Below, in pieces: positions 24,691 to 36,731 of a DNA stretch of 55,600 nt. Every line of letters begins with the position of its first letter. Within the stretch, counting starts at the first letter, position 1. The notes beneath the pieces were generated by a model. That model was given only the letters and a program-made list of their open reading frames with translations. It made no database searches and was not told the origin of the DNA. The stretch comes from Octopus bimaculoides (Eukaryota): positions 20,133,130 through 20,188,729 of the forward strand of contig NC_068993.1 of assembly GCF_001194135.2 (NCBI RefSeq), read 5' to 3'. The position numbers and the translations under genes were made by a program.

Positions 24691-26992
24691 AGCAGTAGTA
24701 ACTGGAACAGGGTACTGGAAGCGCTATCCTCCGGAGCAACACCTATTCCGTTCTGTCGGCTGGAACCATGAGGCAGTTTGACTAACAGGAAATTGTACGT
24801 TCCACTCATTAAATACTTTGATCCTCACAATAATATATAGTCAGAGAGACAGTATTGAAAGAAATAATTTCTTTTCTAGACACAAATGAAAAGCTGTATC
24901 TAGTTAAGTAGATTAAAATGTCAGCGTTATGTTACCACTAAAAGGATCGTAAAGGAACTGCGTGTTATCTCTTGCATTATATATATACTTTTAAACTATT
25001 CAGACCCAATTCTCTTGGTTATCAATACACAACACGGGACATATGATTATAAAGTATTTGGTCTGCTCGTAGTGCGTGGTTTAAGCCCTCAAGAGAATCT
25101 AAACCATGGTAGAATTGTTCAAAATATGTCTGTTTAGCCAATGGTATTGCTAGGAACACAACCGCTTATTTTGTTATTTACAGGTAGAAATCGAGGAAAT
25201 TCCTCGTTTTATAAATACACATCTTTCTATTTTGATGTAGTTGTGTAACGGAGGCTGCAAATTCAAGGTTAGAGGGAGAAAGAAAGAGAAAGAGAGAGAG
25301 AGAAAACGAAACACACACACACAAGTATATACAAACACACATATATTATTTATATGTATATATATATGTATACACACACACACACACACACGATCAATAC
25401 ACTAACTTGGGTCGCCCTTGTATTTTGCAAACTGACAATAGTTGATCATAAATGTATTTTTTCTGACCCTGAAGTGGAAGCTTTGGCTCTAGGTCAGTCA
25501 TGGCCAAACTGCGGCCCACGGGGTATTCCGAAGAGCACGCCTAATGAAAAATTAGCTTGATATTGTTTTTAGTAGTGTGGCCTGCCGCATGATGATTCAT
25601 GTTTGATGCAGCCCGCTTTTCATAAAAAGCTACTCATGTCTGCTCAAGGAAATGCAATTTTAGCAATATTTCAAATACGTGGTTACCATGAAAGATCATC
25701 AGGGATTGTTAGATCTGTCTTGCATCCGTCGTGCCTTTAAGTTCAATTGTGCACTGTTCATGAGTAAGGCGGTGGTAATGTCTTCTTGATTTGAACAGTG
25801 ACTTTGAGAGGGAGACTAAGTTGTTATGGTTTCACTGAAGGATGTTGCAATGTCTGTGTGAGATTTTAAACTGTGTATGGACGGTAGCCAAATGAAAAAA
25901 AAAAAAAAAAAACTTACTAAGAACTGGATGTAGTCTTGTTATTTATATACTGGACAGGGATTTGTGCTGTTTGAACTAACTGTGAGAAGGTAATTAATAT
26001 ATAAAAGGAAGTGTGTTGGAGACTTCACTGATTCATGAGGGGCATCAAAGCGGTCTGATTGGAAATTTCCAATCTGATATGTAGTAGATGAACAGAAATG
26101 ATAGGTGGGTTACGTAGACAAGGTGGAAGGTTTTGCTGATGTAAAGGTTAATAACACTACATTCACTAAAGTTCTGAAGGGGAGAAACCATTTTTTTTTT
26201 TCATGTAGAAATGTATATTTCCGTTTGGGCTTATTTGCAAAACACATGCATGTGGTAACATACCATTTTCTCTTATAAAAACGTATGAATTTAAGGCTAA
26301 TGAAAATATTTTTTGAATGTAATTTAAAATTACTATTTAGGTCTGTTATTAAACAGCGTAAGATAGAACCAACGAAGAATTGTCATCTAATGTAAAATAT
26401 GAATGAATTTTTAATAAGGGAATTTTGTGAAATGATATCAGTGTTTGTGTATGCGTGTGGCGGTTATTTTCGGGAAAGCTGGCTGGGGTAGAAGCGGCAA
26501 CCAGTGTTGGAAATAAAAGATTTTTTTTTAGATGGGAATGAATAAAACGTTTTATGACATTTAAAAGATAAAACTGCTAGGATTTTTTTTTAAATGTCTT
26601 TGGGGACAAAGAAGTTTCTTTTCTTTTATTTTCATGGATGAAACTTTTGTAAAGAAAACATAAACAATTCCTTATCTACTCCATTCCAAGAAGGGAAAGA
26701 AAAATATCTTAAGTGTTGTCAGAATATGAATGGGTAGCAATAAAAAAAAAAGTTTGATTCGAATGAAAAAACAAGAAATCACTCCTTTTCCTGTGTAGTG
26801 GAAAATTAAAATGTGAATTTCGTGGAAGATTTAATTGTGAAAGCGATAAAGTGTTTTAAGAATTAACATATGCCAGTCTTTCGTTTGAAGTAAGGATTCG
26901 TTAGTATTCAAATATAAATGTGAGGTATTAATTACCGCAAATACGTGCACACACATACACACACACTGCATATAAATACACGCACACTAATG

Positions 26993-27072
<80 letters not shown>

Positions 27073-27327
27073 GTGCTATTAAGTTAGACATGGGCTGGGC
27101 NNNNNNNNNNNNNNNNNNNNNNNNNNNNNNNNNNNNNNNNNNNNNNNNNNNNNNNNNNNNNNNNNNNNNNNNNNNNNNNNNNNNNNNNNNNNNNNNNNNN
27201 NNNNNNNNNNNNNNNNNNNNNNNNNNNNNNNNNNNNNNNNNNNNNNNNNNNNNNNNNNNNNNNNNNNNNNNNNNNNNNNNNNNNNNNNNNNNNNNNNNNN
27301 NNNNNNNNNNNNNNNNNNNNNNNNNNN

Positions 27328-27368
<41 letters not shown>

Positions 27369-28108
27369 CATTGTACATATATACAGATGCTTGAATTTGT
27401 ATACCTTCACGCAGGAGTGTCTGCCTGTACGTATATACTTTATAATAGAGAATAAACCGCCTTTGTTATAAGGTCTTGAGTAAACGAAGAAACCTTTTAT
27501 ATGAGTATAAGAATTGTAAATCCCAAGGTAATACTCCCTTTAGAATTCTTTATAAGTAACCATTGTTGGAGAAAAGACAAACAAAATTAAAAACATATTG
27601 AAAACCTCAAGTCATTTTAATGTATAACAAGTGTGGAAGATATTATTTGTACATCAGTTTGTCTGTTATACTGGTTACAATTTTAATAAATTAAACATTC
27701 AAATAAAAATTAACCAAATATATAAAAAAAAAAAACTAATATGGAAGCATTTAAAAAAACTGCCATTATACAAAGCTTGAATGGAACAATTGCAAATACA
27801 TATACGCTCGCATACACATAGTTGCACATATATTTAAAAGACCACAAAGACATACACATATACAGACATGCGCAGTGGTTAATAACCTCCTGCATAAAAA
27901 TAAGCAGAAATTCCACACATCACAGATAACACAAATATTTGAATGGAAAGGTTTGGAAGATCATTAAGAAGTGTGATGGTATTGTACCGACTAGATTACT
28001 TTCTGTACATTTAGTGCGGCTCACACACACATACATGTGCATATATATGGGTTTATTCATAATTTTACAATATAGGCACACTGTTTCGACGAAGCGTTTC
28101 ATCAAAGA

Positions 28109-28139
<31 letters not shown>

Positions 28140-29426
28140 GATATGTTAATGTAGTGTAGGACATTTTGCTATTAGATGAGTGTGCAAATGAGTGTTCTGG
28201 TCAAACTGATGCAATGCTGGTCTTAGACCAGTGGTCTATCAATTCTGAATTGTGCCCAATGCATTTTTCGGTATTTCGCCTTCAGTCCTGACCCGAAGAC
28301 CCTATATCGTATTGTATGAAGGCTAAACATTTCTTGTAATGTTATAGGTTTTTAACAAGAATTAGTATTGATTGTATCAAGCCCTGGATGGGTGACAGCT
28401 AAGGTTGTCCTCAGTGTAATCTGTACTCAAAACGTAAAGGAATAAATCTAAACCCTATGAAGCCATTCATTCTGTACTTACGCAATATAACTTGCAATGA
28501 TATCTAATTAACATTTATCGTATATGTAAAAATTGTTGTTTCCAAGATCAATTCTAATCCAGTAAACTTATGCTAATAGGTATTCCAAACATGACCATCT
28601 AGTCGCTTTTGTTCAAACATAATATTATGAAGTAGGCTATGGACTACCTTATAAAATGTATCCTGCGTGATGTGTTGGTAACTCCGCTGCTATTTGTAGT
28701 AGATCGAAACACCGCGTATCTTTGTCAGGGGTGCTTATCGTAGTAGATGCAATAAAATGTTTTGGTGAAGTTTAGATATGTGCAGAGGCAGGTGTATTCG
28801 AACGTGGATTGTTTGTACGTAATTATGGTGGAAATTAGATTGGAAAAGACGCGATATGCAAATGATAAGAGGAAACGTGTTCAGGGGTGGTGGTGGTGTT
28901 GCATTTGAAATATGTACCAGTGAATGTATTAGTGAAAATAAAGCGTGAATAATAATAATAATAATAATAGGGTCGAAAGAAGAGGTGGACTATTTAGGAT
29001 TATTCACTGTACATCGACTACTACAAACTGTATTCTATGCACACACATACACACACACTTACGCGCACAAAACACATACATACATACATACACATATGTA
29101 TAATCCAAATCAATATGCATTCAAACGCAAACAATAAATGTATGCACATAATGCGGAGATACATTCCTTTCTTCCTTCGTCTCTTCTTTCTTTTCGTCAT
29201 TCATGTATGCTATACATACATACATACATACCTGCTAGCATACCATATTTGAATACATTTATTTAAATGCTGAGATTTACTTTGAGATAAAACACATTGT
29301 TTAGTATGCATACATAGACACGCTCTCTCATATATTCACCTATTTTCTGTATGTGTGTATTTCATAAAGCGCACACATTTCAGACAATTTGGATGTGAAA
29401 TCGGTGAGAATACGATGTTCACAAAA

Positions 29427-29463
<37 letters not shown>

Positions 29464-29616
29464 NNNNNNNNNNNNNNNNNNNNNNNNNNNNNNNNNNNNN
29501 NNNNNNNNNNNNNNNNNNNNNNNNNNNNNNNNNNNNNNNNNNNNNNNNNNNNNNNNNNNNNNNNNNNNNNNNNNNNNNNNNNNNNNNNNNNNNNNNNNNN
29601 NNNNNNNNNNNNNNNN

Positions 29617-29654
<38 letters not shown>

Positions 29655-32022
29655 CAGGCTGACAAATGCATCTATTAATACGATTAGAGTTATATTTGGG
29701 AGAACACAAAGAGCACACAAAGTAAAAAAAAAGGTAAATGGGTCTCCGTCGTATCGACGATGAATGTTCGAGTGTTCGATTGTTTGAACTAACTAGTCAT
29801 TGAATTAGCATGTCAGTGGCAGAATACTCCACAGCCATGTGTACCTGCGTGACACAATGTGTAATAAGGTTAGACGTCTTGAGTTACAGGTACAGTACAT
29901 CTGGCGGGCTTCTCCACAGTTTCCGTGTACCCAATATCATTCACAAGGCTTGGGTCGACTCGCGGTTATGGTAAAAGGCACTTGTTCACGATATCTCAAA
30001 GTGGGATGGACTGTGGTACTTCGTGATAGCAAAGCAAACTTCTTAACCATTTGGCTATGCTGCGTGTATCCCACCCGGCCGTAAAAAATTGTATCCAGAT
30101 ACACAGTTAAATATACACACACTATTTGAACCAATTAACACACACAGATACACACATAATGTAATATACACATAATATATAATACATAATTCACACATGT
30201 AATATGCACAAGCATGAACGTTCGTAAATTATATACATCTATTATACATACATATGCATTTGGAAGGGCATACGTTCAGTTAAATATTTTCAAAAATTCT
30301 ACTAATCCCGCCGCCTTTCATTCGTTCCATATGCCAAAAGATTGTGGTACTCCCTTTGTACGGATTTCAGGGTCTATATACAAGTATCTGAACGTTTCCT
30401 AGTAATTCATACATTCGTAAAAAAAACTGTATGCCACACTCTTTAGAATGAAATCCATAGAAAAATCTAGTCACCAAAGTTTAAAACTACCAGTCTTTCC
30501 ATATCTACCGGGTTTGGAAAATTTGGGGTACTTTTTCAGTAGCCCCTTTGAAAAATTTTGATTTACTACATATATACAGATTTGTGTGTGTATTTACTTA
30601 CACATATAACATATATAAAATTTTCGGTCATTTTCTAACTCCGGAAAAAGAAAAAAATGGAAATAGAAACCGTTTTCTTCACCTCTTTATATTTTCTCTG
30701 TGTTGTGTTCAAGAAGCATAATCTTTAGGTAGGGATTTGGCATTTTTGTCTTAAGGTTTTAAGTTCCGTTAAGTATGGATTTTGAAAGTTAAATCAAGGA
30801 ATAAAATTTGATTTTTAATAACGAATATATATATATATATATATATATATGCAGCTGACTTCAGATTTTGAATGCGGTTATTTTGCTTTGGAAAGATCAC
30901 CTTAGACACATAGAGAAAGAAAAAGAAAACACAGCGTGTAGATATGTTTTTGTAAAAATAGACCAAAACTAACAATAATGTTTATGTGTTTGATGATTTG
31001 ATTGATTATAACTCAAAATATGATGAACAAATGATACACATTTGGATGAGAACTGGATGCAAAAAAAAAAAAAAAAGAATTGAAATATGGCAACAGTCAA
31101 TTGGTTTTGAAATTAATGGAATCAGGTCTAAAAAAAAAAACGAAAAAATTATTTGAGGAGATCAATAAAATATTTTGCCACAAAAAATATTCCAGATAAA
31201 GAAAATGTATATAAATGAACCAAAGGTGTGATTGGAAAATCAAACAATATAAAACAATAATATCCAGGAGTTCGGTTTACTCCAGTTAAACTTTCGTCGA
31301 CTTTCTTGGACAGAAAACGCGTTGAGAGAGAAACATCTCTTTATGAAAACTCGCAAAACATGTACATTATTATGATTCTTCTAGGTTAAACTAAAGACTC
31401 GAATGAGTTTTGCTATAATATAAAACGCGTGATAAAAATTACCAAGAGAGTTATCCGCTCACGTCTCTCTCCGCAGCAAAACTGCTATTTTTTAAATTTT
31501 ACATAAATCTTTAATATTCTGAATTTGAAAATTACAGTTTATATATAATTATGTTTGTTTCTTTCTTCCTAATTATATTTTACTTGTAAGTTGGTGAATG
31601 GATTTATCATAAGTACTTATAGAAACAGATGTTCAAATAAACATTTGTTATTAAAAAAAAAAAAATTTTAAGATATCAGCTCACATGAGTATCGGAAGAT
31701 AACTATCTATGACACTGAGAGAGAAAGAGAGAGAAATCAATGATTCTCGTATATATATTAGTTATGATACCGATGTAAAATAAATATGTATTCAAAGTAA
31801 TCGTATGTGGTAGAGATATGGACAAATCCAAAATCTGCTCTTTTGTCATGGAAGCTACTTATCTGTCTATCTCCAACTGAATGTTACATTGTTGAAGGAA
31901 TATATATTTATCCAATATATATCCATGTGTGTGTGTGTGTGTGTAGTAAATTTCTTATGTCATGTTTGACATGTTTCGTTCGAGACAATTGATTGCGCTA
32001 TGTTATAATCATTAAAAAATCC

Positions 32023-32180
32023 TCATATTTCTGGAGTGATACCTGCAGCAGTTATATTGGTAGTGGTATTTACCCTGATGACTGCACCAAAGCTATCACG
32101 CCCCTGTTCCTCTTTCAACTTTTTCGTTCTTAAAACTTTCTTTCTCTTTACCTTATCGCATTTTTTATATTCTAACTTTT
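32023..32180 (-). CDS. Candidate terminal coding exon of the Delta-like gene: (E)KLEYKKCDKVKRKKVLRTKKLKEEQGRDSFGAVIRVNTTTNITAAGITPEI*
   Basis: Acceptor gttcttttgtattttag|, then 51 open codons and TGA in the frame compatible with the phase-1 donor at 32600. Lys-rich; the C-terminus loosely resembles the Delta ATEV motif. No transcript evidence. Confidence 0.45.
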
Positions 32181-32474
32181 CTAAAATACAAAAGAACTAT
32201 ACAATCATATATATATATATATATATATATATGCATATAGATATGAATACGCATATATATGTACGTATATATACACAAGTTTGCATAAATGCATATAAAT
32301 AGATTTGTATACTTATATATACAAACATATGTTGGTATATGTAAGCAAATATACATTTAAATATACATAGCATATATATGTATGCATATATAAATATATA
32401 CATACACATATTCGTGTATGTATTAATATATTTCATTATAATTTCTTTCCAATGTTTTCTATTTGTATTATAGA

Positions 32475-33106
32475 TCATATATCACACACCATTAAGCGAA
32501 TGTTCAAAGTCAGGAAGGGTAGAAAATATATTAATTTCGCAAACGAGAAAACACTGTTTCCTCGGGACATCGGCTGCTTTCTTGTAAGCGACCGCTCACC
32601 TGTAAACGACTTCTCGCCTCTAAACGACTGCTCGCTTATAAACAAAGGCATGATGCTACTACCTGGTTCATTCCGAATTTGCGGTGCTGTACGCTTGTCG
32701 TATTGACACCAGTTCCCGTTGAATTCACTCGAACAAGAGCATTTAAAACTTCGTTGACGTTTGTGGTATCGGCAAGTTCCACCATTCAGACAGGGTTTCT
32801 GTACACAATAGTCTTTATATTGGCATTCGGAACCAGTTATACCAAGAGGGCAGATGCATTCTTCACGACCTTCGCGAGCATATGACAAACAGGTACCGCC
32901 ATTCTTGCAGTGAAGTCGCTTGCATTTATTGATGACAATTTCACATCGTCGTCCAGTAAATCCGTCGCGACACTTACATTGGCTCAGGCCTATGCATGTA
33001 CCACCGTTTTTGCAAGGGCACGGCAGATAAAGTTCACAGTTCTTTCCTCCATAATCGCTGCGACAATCACAGGCATAATCGTTGAAATATTCGACACAAA
33101 TACCTC
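32475..33106 (-). CDS. delta: Delta-like exon G: EGF6 end, EGF7-9 and stalk. The 3' boundary is uncertain (internal donor after 32600, or read-through to the stop at 32475-32477).
   Basis: Acceptor taatttttcag|GA joins exon F to give PCQNGGICVEY. Three further NGGTC-type EGF repeats follow in ORF 32475..33176. Confidence 0.9.
32580..32633 (-). repeat. 3 x 18-bp coding tandem repeat (EQSFRG/EKSFTG/ERSLTR) in the Delta stalk
   Basis: GAGCAGTCGTTTAGAGGC GAGAAGTCGTTTACAGGT GAGCGGTCGCTTACAAGA. Confidence 0.85.
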
Positions 33107-33181
33107 CTGAAAAATTAACAGAAAGAAATGATACGTGAAAATCACTCTGTTGAATCAAGACCGATTGATTGAGCATATTAA

Positions 33182-34711
33182 TCTATATATATAAAAATGA
33201 GAATGTGTGTCTGTCTGTCTGTCTGTCTGTGTGAATCCCTAAAACTCGAGAACTACGCAACCAATTTCATTCAAATTTTACACATGCCTTACTTAGGGTT
33301 CCAATTGTGTTTTAGTCAAAAAAAATTATTAACTTCTTGCAGAGTTCGAGCACACGGCAACATAATATCTCCTCCACTATTTAAGTATTACGTGTCAAAA
33401 GTGAAACAAAAACACTCATGTCAAATACTTTCACTTTAAAAATGAAACTATTCCACTAACTGAAACAATCACATTTCGATACTGTAGTGACAGATACTTT
33501 CACAGAGAGAGAGAAAGAGAGAAAGAGAGAGANNNNNNNNNNNNNNNNNNNNNNNNNNNNNNNNNNNNNNNNNNNNNNNNNNNNNNNNNNNNNNNNNNNN
33601 NNNNNNNNNNNNNNNNNNNNNNNNNNNNNNNNNNNNNNNNNNNNNNNNNNNNNNNNNNNNNNNNNNNNNNNNNNNNNNNNNNNNNNNNNNNNNNNNNNNN
33701 NNNNNNNNNNNNNNNNNNNNNNNNNNNNNNNNNNNNNNNNNNNNNNNNNNNNNNNNNNNNNNNNNNNNNNNNNNNNNNNNNNNNNNNNNNNNNNNNNNNN
33801 NNNNNNNNNNNNNNNNNNNNNNNNNNNNNNNNNNNNNNNNNNNNNNNNNNNNNNNNNNNNNNNNNNNNNNNNNNNNNNNNNNNNNNNNNNNNNNNNNNNN
33901 NNNNNNNNNNNNNNNNNNNNNNNNNNNNNNNNNNNNNNNNNNNNNNNNNNNNNNNNNNNNNNNNNNNNNNNNNNNNNNNNNNNNNNNNNNNNNNNNNNNN
34001 NNNNNNNNNNNNNNNNNNNNNNNNNNNNNNNNNNNNNNNNNNNNNNNNNNNNNNNNNNNNNNNNNNNNNNNNNNNNNNNNNNNNNNNNNNNNNNNNNNNN
34101 NNNNNNNNNNNNNNNNNNNNNNNNNNNNNNNNNNNNNNNNNNNNNNNNNNNNNNNNNNNNNNNNNNNNNNNNNNNNNNNNNNNNNNNNNNNNNNNNNNNN
34201 NNNNNNNNNNNNNNNNNNNNNNNNNNNNNNNNNNNNNNNNNNNNNNNNNNNNNNNNNNNNNNNNNNNNNNNNNNNNNNNNNNNNNNNNNNNNNNNNNNNN
34301 NNNNNNNNNNNNNNNNNNNNNNNNNNNNNNNNNNNNNNNNNNNNNNNNNNNNNNNNNNNNNNNNNNNNNNNTTGGAAGAGCCCTGCTTCTCACATGGACA
34401 ACTGTATGTTGGCTGCTCAAGAGTGGGCAGCAACAAGAAACCTATTTGTATATGCTCCACAAGGGAAAACAAGGAACATAGTTTACAATGAGGTGTTATA
34501 ATCACAACAGCAAGAAAGTATGTACATGATCACCTTCTTTTACGAAACGTCATTGACTTTCATATATTTATATTGATATACATATATATACGTGTGTTTG
34601 GGTGCGTGTGTGCATATACATCTCTATATATAAAGATGATGCGTAGTCTAGACGGCGTTTTTAGATTTCATTATTCTCTTTAACCCGGGCAACGCCGGGT
34701 ATTTCTGCTAG
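33182..34711 (+). mobile_element. Helitron-derived element in the Delta intron between exons F and G (spans gap 33533-34371)
   Basis: A|TC 5' end with (TGTC)n, helicase remnant at 34372-34501, hairpin ACCCGG-GCAACG-CCGGGT (34683-34700), and CTAG|T 3' end at 34708-34712. Confidence 0.75.
34372..34501 (+). pseudogene. Helitron RepHel (Pif1-like helicase) C-terminal remnant
   Basis: LEEPCFSHGQLYVGCSRVGS (helicase motif VI), a frameshift, then RNLFVYAPQGKTRNIVYNEVL*. Confidence 0.85.
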
Positions 34712-35633
34712 TTTACTTTAAATCCTTTAACAATTATTCTATAAATTTTGTAGCCAGCAAGAAAGCACCAATCGTCTTATCTGAATCGGATGTATAAAGT
34801 TTGTATAGACTTTGTGAATGAGAAAGTACAGACGTCTGAGATGTATTTTTAAATATAGGGATTAAAACAGAAAGGAAGAACATTTGTCAAGAAGACAACA
34901 AAATCTTTTGTTGATGTTGTCGCTGTTGTTGCTATCGTTTTAACTTTTATCGTTGTTAAATTTCTGATCGATAAGATGCTAGCACCAAATCGAAAATGTG
35001 GAAGTCAGACATACGAGTCTTCATCCAAGCTATTATATGTTTCAGTCCCACGCTTTCTTGGTTGCTTAGTCAGGAAGGAATGGCAGTGGCTGGTGAAAGG
35101 GAAATATCCTCAAACCACAGACTTGGCCTAAAAGCTTGCAAAATAGTGTGTACCACTAAAGGCACAAAAGGTGTCATGTGGTAGTGTAAAACCACCGAGT
35201 GGCAGATTTACTCTACCCCACAAGATTTGGCACAATGCAATCCCATATATCTTTTGATAAGAATACCATTCATTCCATTCTATGAAGAAGATGCTCTCTG
35301 CCAATCCCTGATAGCTTCCATAAGTATGAATGCTTATAAACTCTGCAAGCTTTCATTAATGAAGCAATCCATCCATCCATCCATCCAAATGTAGGTCAAT
35401 AATAAGTTGTATTTAGATAGAAAAAATGTAAATTAAGATTCCCCAAATTCTACTTCACCATACTCTACTTCACCATACTTCTTCTTATACAGACATACAT
35501 ACATACATATATATATATGGGCTGGTGTTTGTTTTTGTGGGGNNNNNNNNNNNNNNNNNNNNNNNNNNNNNNNNNNNNNNNNNNNNNNNNNNNNNNNNNN
35601 NNNNNNNNNNNNNNNNNNNNNNNNNNNNNNNNN

Positions 35634-35677
<44 letters not shown>

Positions 35678-36334
35678 GGAGAGAGAGAGAAGTGTGAGAG
35701 AGGGATGGAGAGAAAAACACCTTATTAAGTATGGCGAAGATTGAACATGATTTTTACGAGTTGTTCACTAAGCAATTATCTTGCGTAAGTTGTGTCACAG
35801 ATAATCCCAGACTATAGTTTGATCTACTACGAAATTACTAAAAGTATTTGAAAAGGCAATAAATAAATAAATAAATAAATTCCAAATTATAACCGGGACT
35901 TCCTTGCACTCTCGAGATCTGCGCCCTCAGCATTAGGGATGAAGATTAGCAAATTGAAAATATATTTTCATTTAAACATCGACCGACCATCTTATTACAT
36001 CGCACACAGAAACGCACTTTCAAACATTAGCTAATGCACACGTATGATTACGCATGCGTGCACAGCTCACATAATCACTTATAAATATGCACACTCACAA
36101 ACACATTTACAAGCATTTGTAAGAGATATGTGTGCACATATATAAAAAGGAAGTTAGACACACACAAACCTACTCACAAACACACTTAAACTGTAAACTG
36201 AAGCTATTGAAATGAAAGTTAACTTGCTTTCAAGAACGTAATATCCAGACAATCACTAGGGTCCACAATCTAGAAGTTTGTCCCTTCTCAATAAATAGCC
36301 AACTCGTTAGAATAAGAAATGGGCAAATACGTAC

Positions 36335-36548
36335 CATTCTGACACGGTGAAGATTGGCATTCATTAATTTCCTTCTCACAGAAATCACCAGTAAAACCTT
36401 TTGGGCATGCGCACCACCCACCTACTTCTCCCGTAACACAGGTGCCGTGATTCTTACAGACTATTTTGTCGCATGATCTCACGTGGTTTTCACAGCGGTC
36501 TCCGTAGAAGCCTTCGGCACAGTGACATCTGTAACCTGTATGTATTTC
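36335..36548 (-). CDS. delta: Delta-like exon F (214 bp): EGF4 end, EGF5, EGF6 start, [37 protein letters not shown]...[15 protein letters not shown]
   Basis: Acceptor tatcttaacag|GAA (phase 0), donor AATG|gtacgt (phase 1), and EGF cysteine spacing. Confidence 0.93.
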
Positions 36549-36731
36549 CTGTTAAGATAAACATGTAACAAATATTATTCACTATACCAATAGGCATCTT
36601 ATACATATATGTACGTACATACATGCGTGCATACATACATGCATGCATACATATATACATACATACGTACACACGTACACACATACATATATCCATACAT
36701 AAGTAAGTGTGTGTGTGTGTGTGTGTGTGTA

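Noticed and set aside
32452-33110. Plus-strand ORFs overlapping Delta exon G
   Set aside because: Antisense shadows of the EGF-coding exon.
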